Assembly: GCF_003044035.1 (NCBI RefSeq)
Contig: NZ_NVQC01000015.1
Coordinates: forward strand, 120,001-152,000
Source: Candidatus Methylomirabilis limnetica
Lineage (GTDB): Bacteria; Methylomirabilota; Methylomirabilia; Methylomirabilales; Methylomirabilaceae
DNA length: 32,000 nucleotides
Direction of reading: 5' to 3'
Part shown: one piece after another, positions 1 through 7,716 of the stretch
How positions within the stretch are numbered: the first letter of the stretch is position 1
How the letters are laid out: the number at the start of each line of letters is the position of its first letter
Notes under the pieces: model-generated
What the model was told of the DNA's origin: nothing
Database searches by the model: none
The model's input: the letters and a program-made list of their open reading frames with translations, nothing else
Translations under genes and position numbers: made by a program

Positions 1-1
1 G

Positions 2-2188
2 GCCTTTGCCGTCCTGGAGCTGGAGCGGGGTGAGATCGTCTCCATCATCGGGGACAGGGAAACGGCTGCCATGGTGGCCGCAGCCCACTCGGCCGATCAA
101 GACCTGGATGTGGTCCGGGTCGACGGCGTGATTCGCACCAATGCCCATGCCAGCATAGGGGATTACGTGCAGGTGCGAAAGGCTCCATGGCGGGACGCGC
201 AGAAGGTGACGCTGGCTCCCGCCAGAAAAGGCTTGCGTGCCGTAGCCCCGGGCGAGGTTCTCCGCCAGGCGCTCCTCTACCGTCCTGTGGTTCGTGGCGA
301 CCTGATCTCGGTCGGGACGGCCTCACGCCCGAAGGAGATAGTCCCACCCGGGATGTATCCGGAGGAGCTCTTTCGAGGCTTGCTGGGGTCCCTGGCGATC
401 GGGCTGGGCGAGGTGCGCCTGGTCGTCGCCGGCACCGTCCCGTCCGGCATTGTGCGTATCAATCCCCAAACAGAGGTGGAGCTCCTACCGGAGTACGTGG
501 AGACCAAGGAGACCCGTCTCCCGGATATCACCTACGACGACATCGGCGGGTTGGGCGAGGTGATTAATGAGATCCGGGAGGTCGTGGAGCTGCCGCTCAA
601 GCATCCAGAGCTGTTCGATCGTCTTGGGATCGCACCACCCAAAGGCGTACTCCTCCATGGTCCCCCAGGGACTGGCAAGACCCTCCTGGCCCAGGCCCTG
701 GCCAATGAGGCCAAAGCCCACTTCGCCACCATCAATGGGCCCGAGATCATGGGGCGCTTTTATGGCGAATCGGAGGAACGTCTGCGAGCCATCTTTCAGG
801 AGGGGCAAGACAACCCACCCGCCATCATCTTCATCGACGAGCTTGATTCCATCGCCCCCAAGCGCGAGGCGGTGACGGGTGAAGTGGAACGACGGGTCGT
901 GGCCCAGCTTCTGACATTAATGGATGGCCTCATGCCACGCGGCAACGTGATTGTCATCGGGGCCACGAACCGAGTCGGCGCGATCGATCTGGCATTGCGC
1001 CGCCCCGGCCGCTTCGACCGGGAGATTGAGCTGCGCGTGCCGGATCGCAATGGCCGGCGCCAGATCCTTACGATCCACACGCGGGCCATGCCGCTTGCAC
1101 CAGACGTGAACCTGGATTGGGTGGCAGACCTCACGCATGGATGCGTCGGTTCAGACTTGGCTGCCCTCTGTCGTGAGGCCGCCCTGAATGCCCTTCGGCG
1201 CGTCCTCCCGGATCTGGATTTGAGGCTTGAAACGTTCCCGGCCGAGGTCCTGCAGCGCCTGATCGTCACCCATGATGACTTCAACCAAGCCTTGCGGCGG
1301 ATCCGCCCTTCGGCCCTTCGGGAGCTCTTCATCGAGATCCCTCGGGTCACCTGGGACGATGTCGGGGGCCTGGCCGACGTGAAGAGGGCCCTCCGGGAGA
1401 GCGTTGAGTTGCCACTGACCCATCCTCAGGCCTTCGAGCGCCTCGGCATCAAGCCACCCAAAGGTGTCCTGCTCTATGGTCCGCCGGGGACAGGGAAGAC
1501 GCTTCTAGCCAAGGCCGTCGCCAACGAGGCGCGGGCCAACTTCATGCTGGCCAAAGGGAGCGATCTGCTCTCCAAGTGGTACGGCGAGTCAGAGCAGCGG
1601 ATTCGAGAGTTCTTCGCCAAGGCCCGCCAGGTAGCCCCCGCCATCGTATTCTTTGACGAGATGGATGCCCTTGTACCGCGACGTGGAATGGCGGCAGGCG
1701 AACCGCACGTGACCGAACGGATCGTGAACCAGCTCCTCTCCGAGCTGGATGGCCTGGAGGAGCTGCGCGGGGTGGTCATCCTGGGGGCCACGAACCGGCC
1801 TGATCTCATCGACCCGGCTCTACTGCGCCCAGGGCGCTTCGATGCGCTGGTGTATGTTCCGGTCCCGGATGCCGATGCCCGCCACGAGATCCTTGCTGTT
1901 CACACCCGCCGCATGGCCCTCGCCGAAGACGTGGACCTGAGGGATCTTATCCGCAGGACCGATCGATTTACCGGGGCCGACCTTGCCCTGCTCTGCATGC
2001 GGGCTGCCCAGCTTGCCCTGCGAAAGGACTTGGAGGCCAAGGTCGTCACCCACACCGACTTCCTGGCCGCTCTTGCCCAAATACTGCCCTCTGTCACCGA
2101 GGCGATGGAGCGGGAGTACGCCGAGGTCGGCAAACACCTGCGCCAGGTAATACCGCAGCAAGACTCCACGCTCGGCCACTACCTGTAG
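2..2188 (+). CDS. CDC48/VCP-like tandem AAA+ ATPase, 5' end cut by window edge
   Basis: The frame is open from base 2. AFAVLELERGEIVSIIGDRETAA precedes the listed Met at 71 and looks like a CDC48 N-domain, so the gene starts off-window. Two AAA modules: Walker A GPPGTGKT twice, Walker B IIFIDELD and IVFFDEMD, RPGRFD twice. C-terminus ...STLGHYL. Confidence 0.9.
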   Translation, partial: AFAVLELERGEIVSIIGDRETAAMVAAAHSADQDLDVVRVDGVIRTNAHASIGDYVQVRKAPWRDAQKVTLAPARKGLRAVAPGEVLRQALLYRPVVRGDLISVGTASRPKEIVPPGMYPEELFRGLLGSLAIGLGEVRLVVAGTVPSGIVRINPQTEVELLPEYVETKETRLPDITYDDIGGLGEVINEIREVVELPLKHPELFDRLGIAPPKGVLLHGPPGTGKTLLAQALANEAKAHFATINGPEIMGRFYGESEERLRAIFQEGQDNPPAIIFIDELDSIAPKREAVTGEVERRVVAQLLTLMDGLMPRGNVIVIGATNRVGAIDLALRRPGRFDREIELRVPDRNGRRQILTIHTRAMPLAPDVNLDWVADLTHGCVGSDLAALCREAALNALRRVLPDLDLRLETFPAEVLQRLIVTHDDFNQALRRIRPSALRELFIEIPRVTWDDVGGLADVKRALRESVELPLTHPQAFERLGIKPPKGVLLYGPPGTGKTLLAKAVANEARANFMLAKGSDLLSKWYGESEQRIREFFAKARQVAPAIVFFDEMDALVPRRGMAAGEPHVTERIVNQLLSELDGLEELRGVVILGATNRPDLIDPALLRPGRFDALVYVPVPDADARHEILAVHTRRMALAEDVDLRDLIRRTDRFTGADLALLCMRAAQLALRKDLEAKVVTHTDFLAALAQILPSVTEAMEREYAEVGKHLRQVIPQQDSTLGHYL

Positions 2189-2217
2189 CGCGGACGTTCA
2201 ACCGAAGAATCTCTGTC

Positions 2218-2246
2218 TTGACAGCGCTATCCACACCGGATACGAT
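2218..2246 (+). promoter_or_regulatory. sigma-70-type promoter candidate upstream of the ParE-type TA locus
   Basis: TTGACA (2218-2223), 17 nt, TACGAT (2241-2246), in the gap after the AAA+ gene stop. Confidence 0.5.
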
Positions 2247-2350
2247 GAAATCATGGTCAATACGATAGAATTTGAGACCGAGTTGACTGGCGGTCACACT
2301 CTCAACATACCCCCCAGAAATTGCCGCAACCTTATTTAGAGGGTGCCGCT

Positions 2351-2581
2351 ATGTCGCATACGCTTAAAGATCTCGAAAAACAGGCTAAATCGCTTACGGC
2401 GGAGGAACGTGCCCAACTCGCGGAGATGCTCCTCGAATCACTGCAAGACGCGCCACTCGCTGACATCGAGGCGGCATGGGACCGTGAAATCGAAGAGCGC
2501 GCGGCTGCATACGACTGCGGAGAGCTGCGGACGATTTCAGCCGAGGATGTGTTTGCCGAGGCGAGGCGCCTCACCCGGTGA
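2351..2581 (+). CDS. antitoxin, 'putative addiction module component' type (Unstab_antitox/TIGR02574-like)
   Basis: MSHTLKDLEKQAKSLTAEERAQLAEMLLESL...AAWDREIEERAAAY...ISAEDVFAEARR is the typical pattern of this small antitoxin family. I prefer Met-11 of the listed ORF (2351). The stop overlaps the toxin start (GTGA at 2578-2581). Confidence 0.75.
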   Translation: MSHTLKDLEKQAKSLTAEERAQLAEMLLESLQDAPLADIEAAWDREIEERAAAYDCGELRTISAEDVFAEARRLTR

Positions 2582-2880
2582 AGCGCGCGCGGTTCATCGC
2601 CGCGGCACGCCTGGAATTTCTAGCCGAGGTCATTTACCACAATGAAGCGCAACCCGGTTTGGGCGAGCGTTTTGCCGCAGCAGTAGAAGAGGCAGCAGCC
2701 CGCGCTCTTGCCTTCCCTCTCTCGGGCTCCCCTTCCCGCTCCAATACGCGCCGGATGATCGTGAAGGGATTCTGCTTCTCAATCTTCTATCGCCCGGAAC
2801 CCAACGGCATTGTCATCTTCGCGGTAGCGCATCATGCACGACGCCCCTTTTACTGGCGGTCTCGTACGCGTACCCGCTAA
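2578..2880 (+). CDS. RelE/ParE-family toxin
   Basis: 100 aa with a GTG start overlapping the antitoxin stop. Family-like pattern: ...ARLEFLAEVIYHNEAQPGLGERF..., ...RRMIVKGFCFSIFYRPEPNGIVIFAVAHHARRP. Confidence 0.8.
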   Translation: MKRARFIAAARLEFLAEVIYHNEAQPGLGERFAAAVEEAAARALAFPLSGSPSRSNTRRMIVKGFCFSIFYRPEPNGIVIFAVAHHARRPFYWRSRTRTR

Positions 2881-2951
2881 CTCTAGGGGAACGAACGGGT
2901 AACCCGCACCGGGCCATATCAGGCGTAGGGGCGATGAAGAAGGGAGGAGCT

Positions 2952-3440
2952 ATGGCCGTTAACTTCATTTCAGTGACCATCCGCAAACCTGACACGGTCA
3001 ACCTGATCTTGGGGCAAGCGCACTTCATCAAGACCGTCGAGGACCTGCACGAGGCCCTTGTAACAGCCGTGCCGGGTATTGCCTTTGGGCTTGCCTTCTG
3101 TGAGTCCTCGGGGCCGTGCCTGGTGCGCTGGAGTGGGACCGACCAGGAATTGGTGGAGTTGGCACGGAACAACGCCCAGGCTATCGGGGCCGGCCACAGT
3201 TTCCTGATCTTCTTACGGAGCTGCTTTCCGATCAATGTCCTTCCGGCCATTCGTCAGGTGCCGGAGGTCTGTGGCATCTATTGCGCTACTGCTAATCAGG
3301 TGGAGGTGATTTTAGCTGAAACGCCTCACGGGCGGGGCATCGTAGGGGTCGTGGATGGACATCCACCAAAGGGGATCGAGCAGGAATCCGACATCGCCGA
3401 GCGAAAGGCGCTGCTCCGCCAATTTGGTTACAAGCTGTAA
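2952..3440 (+). CDS. adenosine-specific kinase family protein (PF04008-like)
   Basis: Motifs remembered from this ~160-aa family: ...LILGQAHFIKTVEDLHEALV..., GAGHSFLIF, INVLPAIRQVPEVCGIYCATANQVEVI. Start moved to Met-7 because AGGGAGGAG sits 3 nt upstream of ATG 2952. Confidence 0.7.
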   Translation: MAVNFISVTIRKPDTVNLILGQAHFIKTVEDLHEALVTAVPGIAFGLAFCESSGPCLVRWSGTDQELVELARNNAQAIGAGHSFLIFLRSCFPINVLPAIRQVPEVCGIYCATANQVEVILAETPHGRGIVGVVDGHPPKGIEQESDIAERKALLRQFGYKL

Positions 3441-3555
3441 CCGGGTAAAATAATTCTACCCCTTGGGGGCAGAATGGTCCTTCAGGACACTCTGCTTCCA
3501 AGGCTAAACATACTCCCTCGGCTTGACACTGGAATGCGCCGCCTACTGATCACGC

Positions 3556-3700
3556 AATGAACTACCCCGCAGCAAGCTGCGGGGTATCGTCTTCTGTTCT
3601 GGCCCGTCATTCCGTGCTTGACACGGAATCCAGTCGGGCCATCTGGATACCGGCTTCCGCCGGTATGACGAACTCGCGGCAAGCCGCAGGGAATGAACCC
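3556..3700 (+). repeat. mosaic hairpin-chain repeat, copy A (no internal 23-nt module)
   Basis: Aligns base-for-base with 15804-15971 and 28015-28188. Contains hairpins CCCCGCAGC-AA-GCTGCGGGG, ATCCAG-N9-CTGGAT, ATACCGGC-TTCC-GCCGGTAT and CGCGGC-AA-GCCGC. AATGAAC occurs at both ends. Confidence 0.85.
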
Positions 3701-3747
3701 CCAGTGGATTCAAAGGGCCTACTGCCTGAGCCTTTTTGAACTCACAT

Positions 3748-4233
3748 TCAAGCGACTTCTTCGCGCGGGGTTTCGCATATCTCCAGCACCTGAGCGCCTG
3801 TCAATCGGAGAAAATCGCTGGAAGCAATTCGGATCACCTCGTGGTGGCTTCCCGCGGGAAAGGTGATCGTCGTCTCCTTTATCAAGTGCTGATCAAAGTA
3901 GATCGGGACCCCGTAAAGGTTACCGAAGGCAGGCATGGCCCCTGGCTCGCAGCCGATGAATGTCTTCGCGAAATCGGCCTCCGGGTCCAGGGTCGCCGTG
4001 CTGTCGTTCAATAGTTGCTGCATTCGAGTGACGTCCAATCGACACTTGGCCGGCAAGACCGCCATGGTCAGACCTTGCTGCCCTTTCAGAATGACCACCT
4101 TGGCGAAGGCCCGACCGGGAATATGGGCGGCCCCAGCCACCTCCTGAGCTGTGTAGGCCTCTCGATGAGGGATAACCTCGTACTGTACCTTTTCCTGGTC
4201 CAACCACTCACGTACACGCGCCGGCACTGTCAT
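3748..4233 (-). CDS. YbaK/EbsC/ProX-type aminoacyl-tRNA deacylase domain protein
   Basis: 161 aa. Family-like features: ...YEVIPHREAYTAQEVA...KVVILKG..., ...GCEPGAMPAFGNLYGVPIYFDQHL.... GGGGAGG Shine-Dalgarno (SD) sequence before the ATG. Confidence 0.75.
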   Translation of the reverse strand: MTVPARVREWLDQEKVQYEVIPHREAYTAQEVAGAAHIPGRAFAKVVILKGQQGLTMAVLPAKCRLDVTRMQQLLNDSTATLDPEADFAKTFIGCEPGAMPAFGNLYGVPIYFDQHLIKETTITFPAGSHHEVIRIASSDFLRLTGAQVLEICETPREEVA

Positions 4234-4369
4234 GATCGTACCTCCCCGCAGGTGTTAGCCCTTAGCCAAGGCCCCTGCGCGCCCTCAGCTTCTCCTCCCA
4301 TCACCGCTCCATCCGCCCACTGAAGTAGTCGTCCCGCTCGCTCCAGGACCGACCGTAAGCCCTCGCTCA

Positions 4370-4867
4370 CTATTTCTTAGTCTGGATCTTCTTGCGGGCA
4401 GGCTCTTTCCCCTTGGGAAGGATGACCGTAAGCATGCCCTCTTTCATCTCTGCCTGAGCCTTCTCCGGGATGACGGTACTCGGCAGGACCATTGACCGGT
4501 AGAGTTCTCCTCGATGAAACTCGGAGAAGTGGCAGGTCCCCTCATCCTTTATGCCTTTATGTTTTGTGACCACTCGTACCGTCAGATGGTTGGGTTCAAC
4601 CAGAATCTTAATATCCTTGGCGGTGAGCCCAGCCAAGGCAAAGCTTGCTCGAAGTTCTCCATCAGTCTCAACCAGCTCCGCACAGGGCCGCCACAGAAGC
4701 TCCTTTTCAGCCTGGAGCCAATTCTCAGACTCGCGGCCGGCTTGCCAACCATGATCTCTGAAAAGCTCATGGGCACGCGCAGACACTTGTCGCTCAATCT
4801 CTAACAACTCGCTGAGCAGTGAACCAACCTTCTTGACCGACTTGACCGGCACCTTAGGACCTGCCAT
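4370..4867 (-). CDS. Hsp20/alpha-crystallin small heat-shock protein with DUF2934-like N-terminal segment
   Basis: Alpha-crystallin core: ...ELRASFALAGLTAKDIKILVEPNHLTVRV...GELYRSMVLPSTVIPEKAQAEMKEGMLTVILPK. Start set at Met-8 (ATG 4867) because AAGGAGGAG lies just upstream. Confidence 0.85.
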   Translation of the reverse strand: MAGPKVPVKSVKKVGSLLSELLEIERQVSARAHELFRDHGWQAGRESENWLQAEKELLWRPCAELVETDGELRASFALAGLTAKDIKILVEPNHLTVRVVTKHKGIKDEGTCHFSEFHRGELYRSMVLPSTVIPEKAQAEMKEGMLTVILPKGKEPARKKIQTKK

Positions 4868-4949
4868 GTCTCTCCTCCTTGTGACCATTTCTGGTCGCCT
4901 GCATCAACTTCTGGAACCTGTATCGCCAAGACGTCACCGGATATAAGTG

Positions 4950-7385
4950 CTACGGCAACTCGTCCTGGCGGTCTGAACTGGGCCGCACCTGGCTATCAGC
5001 GCCGTAGGCTCGCGCCTGCTCCGCCATTTCGCGCAGCCGCCCCTGCACCAGCGCATTCACGCTTCCTTCGGGAAAGGTCCCATCCGGATCGCGCTCACCC
5101 GCTTCCCGCCCGGTAAGCAAGGCAATCCCCTCATCGATGGTTTGAACGGGAATAATCTGAAATTGCCCCGCGGCGACCGCCTCTACAACATCCTCTCTGA
5201 GCATGAGATGCCGAACATTACTCGCTGGGATCAGGACCCCCTGTTCTCCCGTCAGCCCCCTCGCACGGCAGACATCAAAAAACCCTTCGATCTTGGCGTT
5301 GACGGCCCCGATAGCCTGAACCACTCCCTGCTGATTGACCGACCCTGTGACCGCAAATCCCTGCTTGATCGGCAGCCCTGACAGGCTTGAGAGGATCGCA
5401 TACAGCTCCGCTGAGGAGGCGCTGTCGCCTTCCACCTCTTCATAGAGTTGTTCGAAGGCGAGACTCGCCGACAGGGCAAGGGGCACCTGCTGCGCGTAGC
5501 GGCCACCGAGATAGCCTGAAAGGAGAAGCACGCCTTTGCTGTGAATACGGCCACCCATCCGAGCTTCGCGCTCGATATCGATGATGCCGCCGCGCCCGAG
5601 GAAGGTTCGCGCCGTGATTCGACTCGGCTTACCGAAGTGATACTCCCCAAGCGAGAGAATGGCAATCCCATTCACTTGACCAACTACGCCGCCATCGGTA
5701 TCGACAAGGATAGTCCGCTCAGTGATCAGTTCCTGTAGCCGTTCATCCAGTCGATTGGATCGCTTGATCCTGGCGAGGATAGCCCCCCGCACGTCTTCCG
5801 CCATGACCCGGTGGTGCCCGGCCTGCTCGGCCAGGAAGCTGGCCTCGCGGGCCACATCCAGGAGATGACTGAATGTCGTGGCGAGTCGTTCCTGATCCTC
5901 TACCAGGCGAGAGCTATGCTCCACCAGTTTCGCAACGGCACCCCGATCAAACGCCTTGAGCCCCTCGGTCTCGCAACAGGTTGACAGAAGGCGGGCAAAG
6001 GCCAGGATCGTTTCAGGAGTCCGGGCCACGCGATCACTAAACTCTGCCTGGACCTTAAATAGCTCCAGAAACTCCGGGTCGAGGGCGTGCAACAGATAGT
6101 AGAGCCAGGGACTGCCGATTAGGACCACCTTCACGTTGAGCGGGATCGGCTCCGGCTCGAGCGTAACCGTGCTGTAGAGGTGGAACTGCTCCCCTGGCTC
6201 TTCGATCTTGATCCGGCGGTTTTTGAGCGTCCGCTTCAGTTGGTCCCACGCAAAGAATTGTTTGAGCAGCTCCATGGCCTCCAAGACCAGGAAGCCCCCA
6301 TTGGCCCGGTGCAAGGCGCCCCCCTTGGCCATCAGGAAGTTGGTGTAGAGGGCACCCATGTGAACCTGATGTTCGATGCGCCCAAGCAGGTTCTGACAGG
6401 TGGGGTGGGGTTCGACCACGACTGGCGCGCCGCCATCTTCCCCATGTTCGATCAAGACATTGACCCGATACCGGTCGAAGGGGTCCAACCCTTGCCGCAG
6501 CATGGCAGTCAGTTCCAGCAGCCCTTCTGTCCCGCTTTGGTCTCGACGAAACAGATCCACGTTGGCGATGACGTCCTCACGTATCGCCTCGAGGTGCGCC
6601 CGTACCGCTGCGTGATCTACGTAACGCTCTTGGACTTCCTCGATCAGATGATCAACCGCAGAGGTCGCGACCTCCCGGTCCATCCCGTCGAGACGGTTCT
6701 TCGCCTCTCGCTCCAGATCGCGGATTCGGCGGCGCGTACCGGCCAGATCCTTCTGCACCTCCTCGCTTCTAAGGTTGACCAGTCGCTTGGTCTCCTCATC
6801 GAGGCCCTCAAACTCTTCCGGCTTCAGTGGCTTCCCTTGAAATAAGGGGATGACCATGAAGCCGCTGGCCGTCTTGGCAAGCCCAAACCCAACCGCCTCC
6901 GCACGCTTCCGCAAGGCCTCCAGCTCGTCACTCGTCTGTTTCTGCAGCTCCTCCAGAATTGTGTGACGGTTCTGCTCATAGGCTTCGGCCTCGAAGGCTC
7001 TGGGGACGCCGATCTTCAGCTCCTCCAGGAGCCGCTTGCAGTCGGCCTGGAAGAGGTGGGCGCGGCCTGGCGGAAGGCATAGCGCGCGGGGACGTTGCGG
7101 ATCGGCGAAGTTATTGACATAACACCAATCAGGGGGGGTGGGGAGCTTAGCCGCCTCGCTGGCCAGGAAGCGCTTGATCGCTGTGGTCTTACCTGTTCCG
7201 GCAGGCCCAAGGACGAAGAGATTGAACCCTTCGCTGCGAATGCCGACACCGAAGGTGATGGCCTGGACAGCGCGATCCTGGGCCACGACCCCCTCCAGCG
7301 GTTTGAGTTCGTCAGTCCCTTCGAAGGAGAGGCTCTCCGGCGGGCATACCTTACGAAGCTGATCTGGTTTCAACGGATCGATCAT
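4950..7385 (-). CDS. Lon-like protease with long coiled-coil insertion in the AAA+ module (LonC/COG1067-like)
   Basis: Walker A GPAGTGKT. About 300 aa of charged helical sequence follow before the Walker-B-position segment GGFLVLEAMELL. C-terminal Lon protease domain with GDSASSAEL (Ser) and AIGAVNAKIEGFF (Lys). Confidence 0.9.
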   Translation of the reverse strand: MIDPLKPDQLRKVCPPESLSFEGTDELKPLEGVVAQDRAVQAITFGVGIRSEGFNLFVLGPAGTGKTTAIKRFLASEAAKLPTPPDWCYVNNFADPQRPRALCLPPGRAHLFQADCKRLLEELKIGVPRAFEAEAYEQNRHTILEELQKQTSDELEALRKRAEAVGFGLAKTASGFMVIPLFQGKPLKPEEFEGLDEETKRLVNLRSEEVQKDLAGTRRRIRDLEREAKNRLDGMDREVATSAVDHLIEEVQERYVDHAAVRAHLEAIREDVIANVDLFRRDQSGTEGLLELTAMLRQGLDPFDRYRVNVLIEHGEDGGAPVVVEPHPTCQNLLGRIEHQVHMGALYTNFLMAKGGALHRANGGFLVLEAMELLKQFFAWDQLKRTLKNRRIKIEEPGEQFHLYSTVTLEPEPIPLNVKVVLIGSPWLYYLLHALDPEFLELFKVQAEFSDRVARTPETILAFARLLSTCCETEGLKAFDRGAVAKLVEHSSRLVEDQERLATTFSHLLDVAREASFLAEQAGHHRVMAEDVRGAILARIKRSNRLDERLQELITERTILVDTDGGVVGQVNGIAILSLGEYHFGKPSRITARTFLGRGGIIDIEREARMGGRIHSKGVLLLSGYLGGRYAQQVPLALSASLAFEQLYEEVEGDSASSAELYAILSSLSGLPIKQGFAVTGSVNQQGVVQAIGAVNAKIEGFFDVCRARGLTGEQGVLIPASNVRHLMLREDVVEAVAAGQFQIIPVQTIDEGIALLTGREAGERDPDGTFPEGSVNALVQGRLREMAEQARAYGADSQVRPSSDRQDELP

Positions 7386-7389
7386 CGTC

Positions 7390-7527
7390 TCACCGTCCCC
7401 CTTTCAACTCCTCCCGAACCGACTGCTTGGCCCTCTTCCGATCGTAGCGAACCCGCTGTGGCTCTACCTGTGTAGGCCGATGGGGGGCCCGTCCCTTGGG
7501 TAGCTTCAGCCTGATCACCAGCTTCAT
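7390..7527 (-). CDS. hypothetical 45-aa highly basic protein, immediately upstream of the Lon-like gene
   Basis: My own translation: MKLVIRLKLPKGRAPHRPTQVEPQRVRYDRKRAKQSVREELKGGR. It is below the 60-aa cutoff of the ORF track. AAGGAA lies 6 nt before the ATG, and the stop is 4 nt before the Lon-like ATG. 15 of 45 residues are K/R. No homology evidence. Confidence 0.3.
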   Translation of the reverse strand: MKLVIRLKLPKGRAPHRPTQVEPQRVRYDRKRAKQSVREELKGGR

Positions 7528-7596
7528 GGACTATTCCTTCGGAACTAGCGTTCAGCAATCAGCGTTTAGCCATCAGCTTCAGACAAACCCCCCTGA

Positions 7597-7660
7597 CCCC
7601 CCTTTCAAAAAAAGGGGGGAGACTTCTATGTTTCCTTATCTCCCCCTTTCGTAAAGGGGG
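7597..7660. repeat. two hairpins sharing the stem CCCCCTTT/AAAGGGGG
   Basis: CCCCCCTTT-CAAAA-AAAGGGGGG (7597-7619) and CCCCCTTT-CGT-AAAGGGGG (7642-7660), in the GNAT to small-ORF gap. Preceded at 7551-7582 by AGC-ATCAGC-type short repeats. Confidence 0.6.
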
Positions 7661-7716
7661 ATTGAGGGGGTTTTCATGTACCGTGGTGCGGCCGTAGCCT
7701 CATGGGATGTTCCGCA

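Noticed and set aside
3557-3739. Short ORFs crossing the repeats. These are 3557-3739, 3482-3682, 15712-15939, 15793-15975, 15855-16103, 27979-28170, 27990-28190, 28060-28260, 26411-26593 and 31681-31950.
   Set aside because: Their 'conserved' peptides (IPASAGMT, MTGQNRRRYPAACCGV, CERSEAIS and so on) come from nucleotide-level repeats that read open in several frames and on both strands. They have no SD or start context.
4925-4949. CIRCE heat-shock operator upstream of Hsp20
   Set aside because: Only a single imperfect half-site (AAGTGCTAC) is present. There is no inverted partner at 9-nt spacing.
6180-6845. 221-aa plus-strand ORF
   Set aside because: It is an antisense shadow of the Lon-like protease gene.
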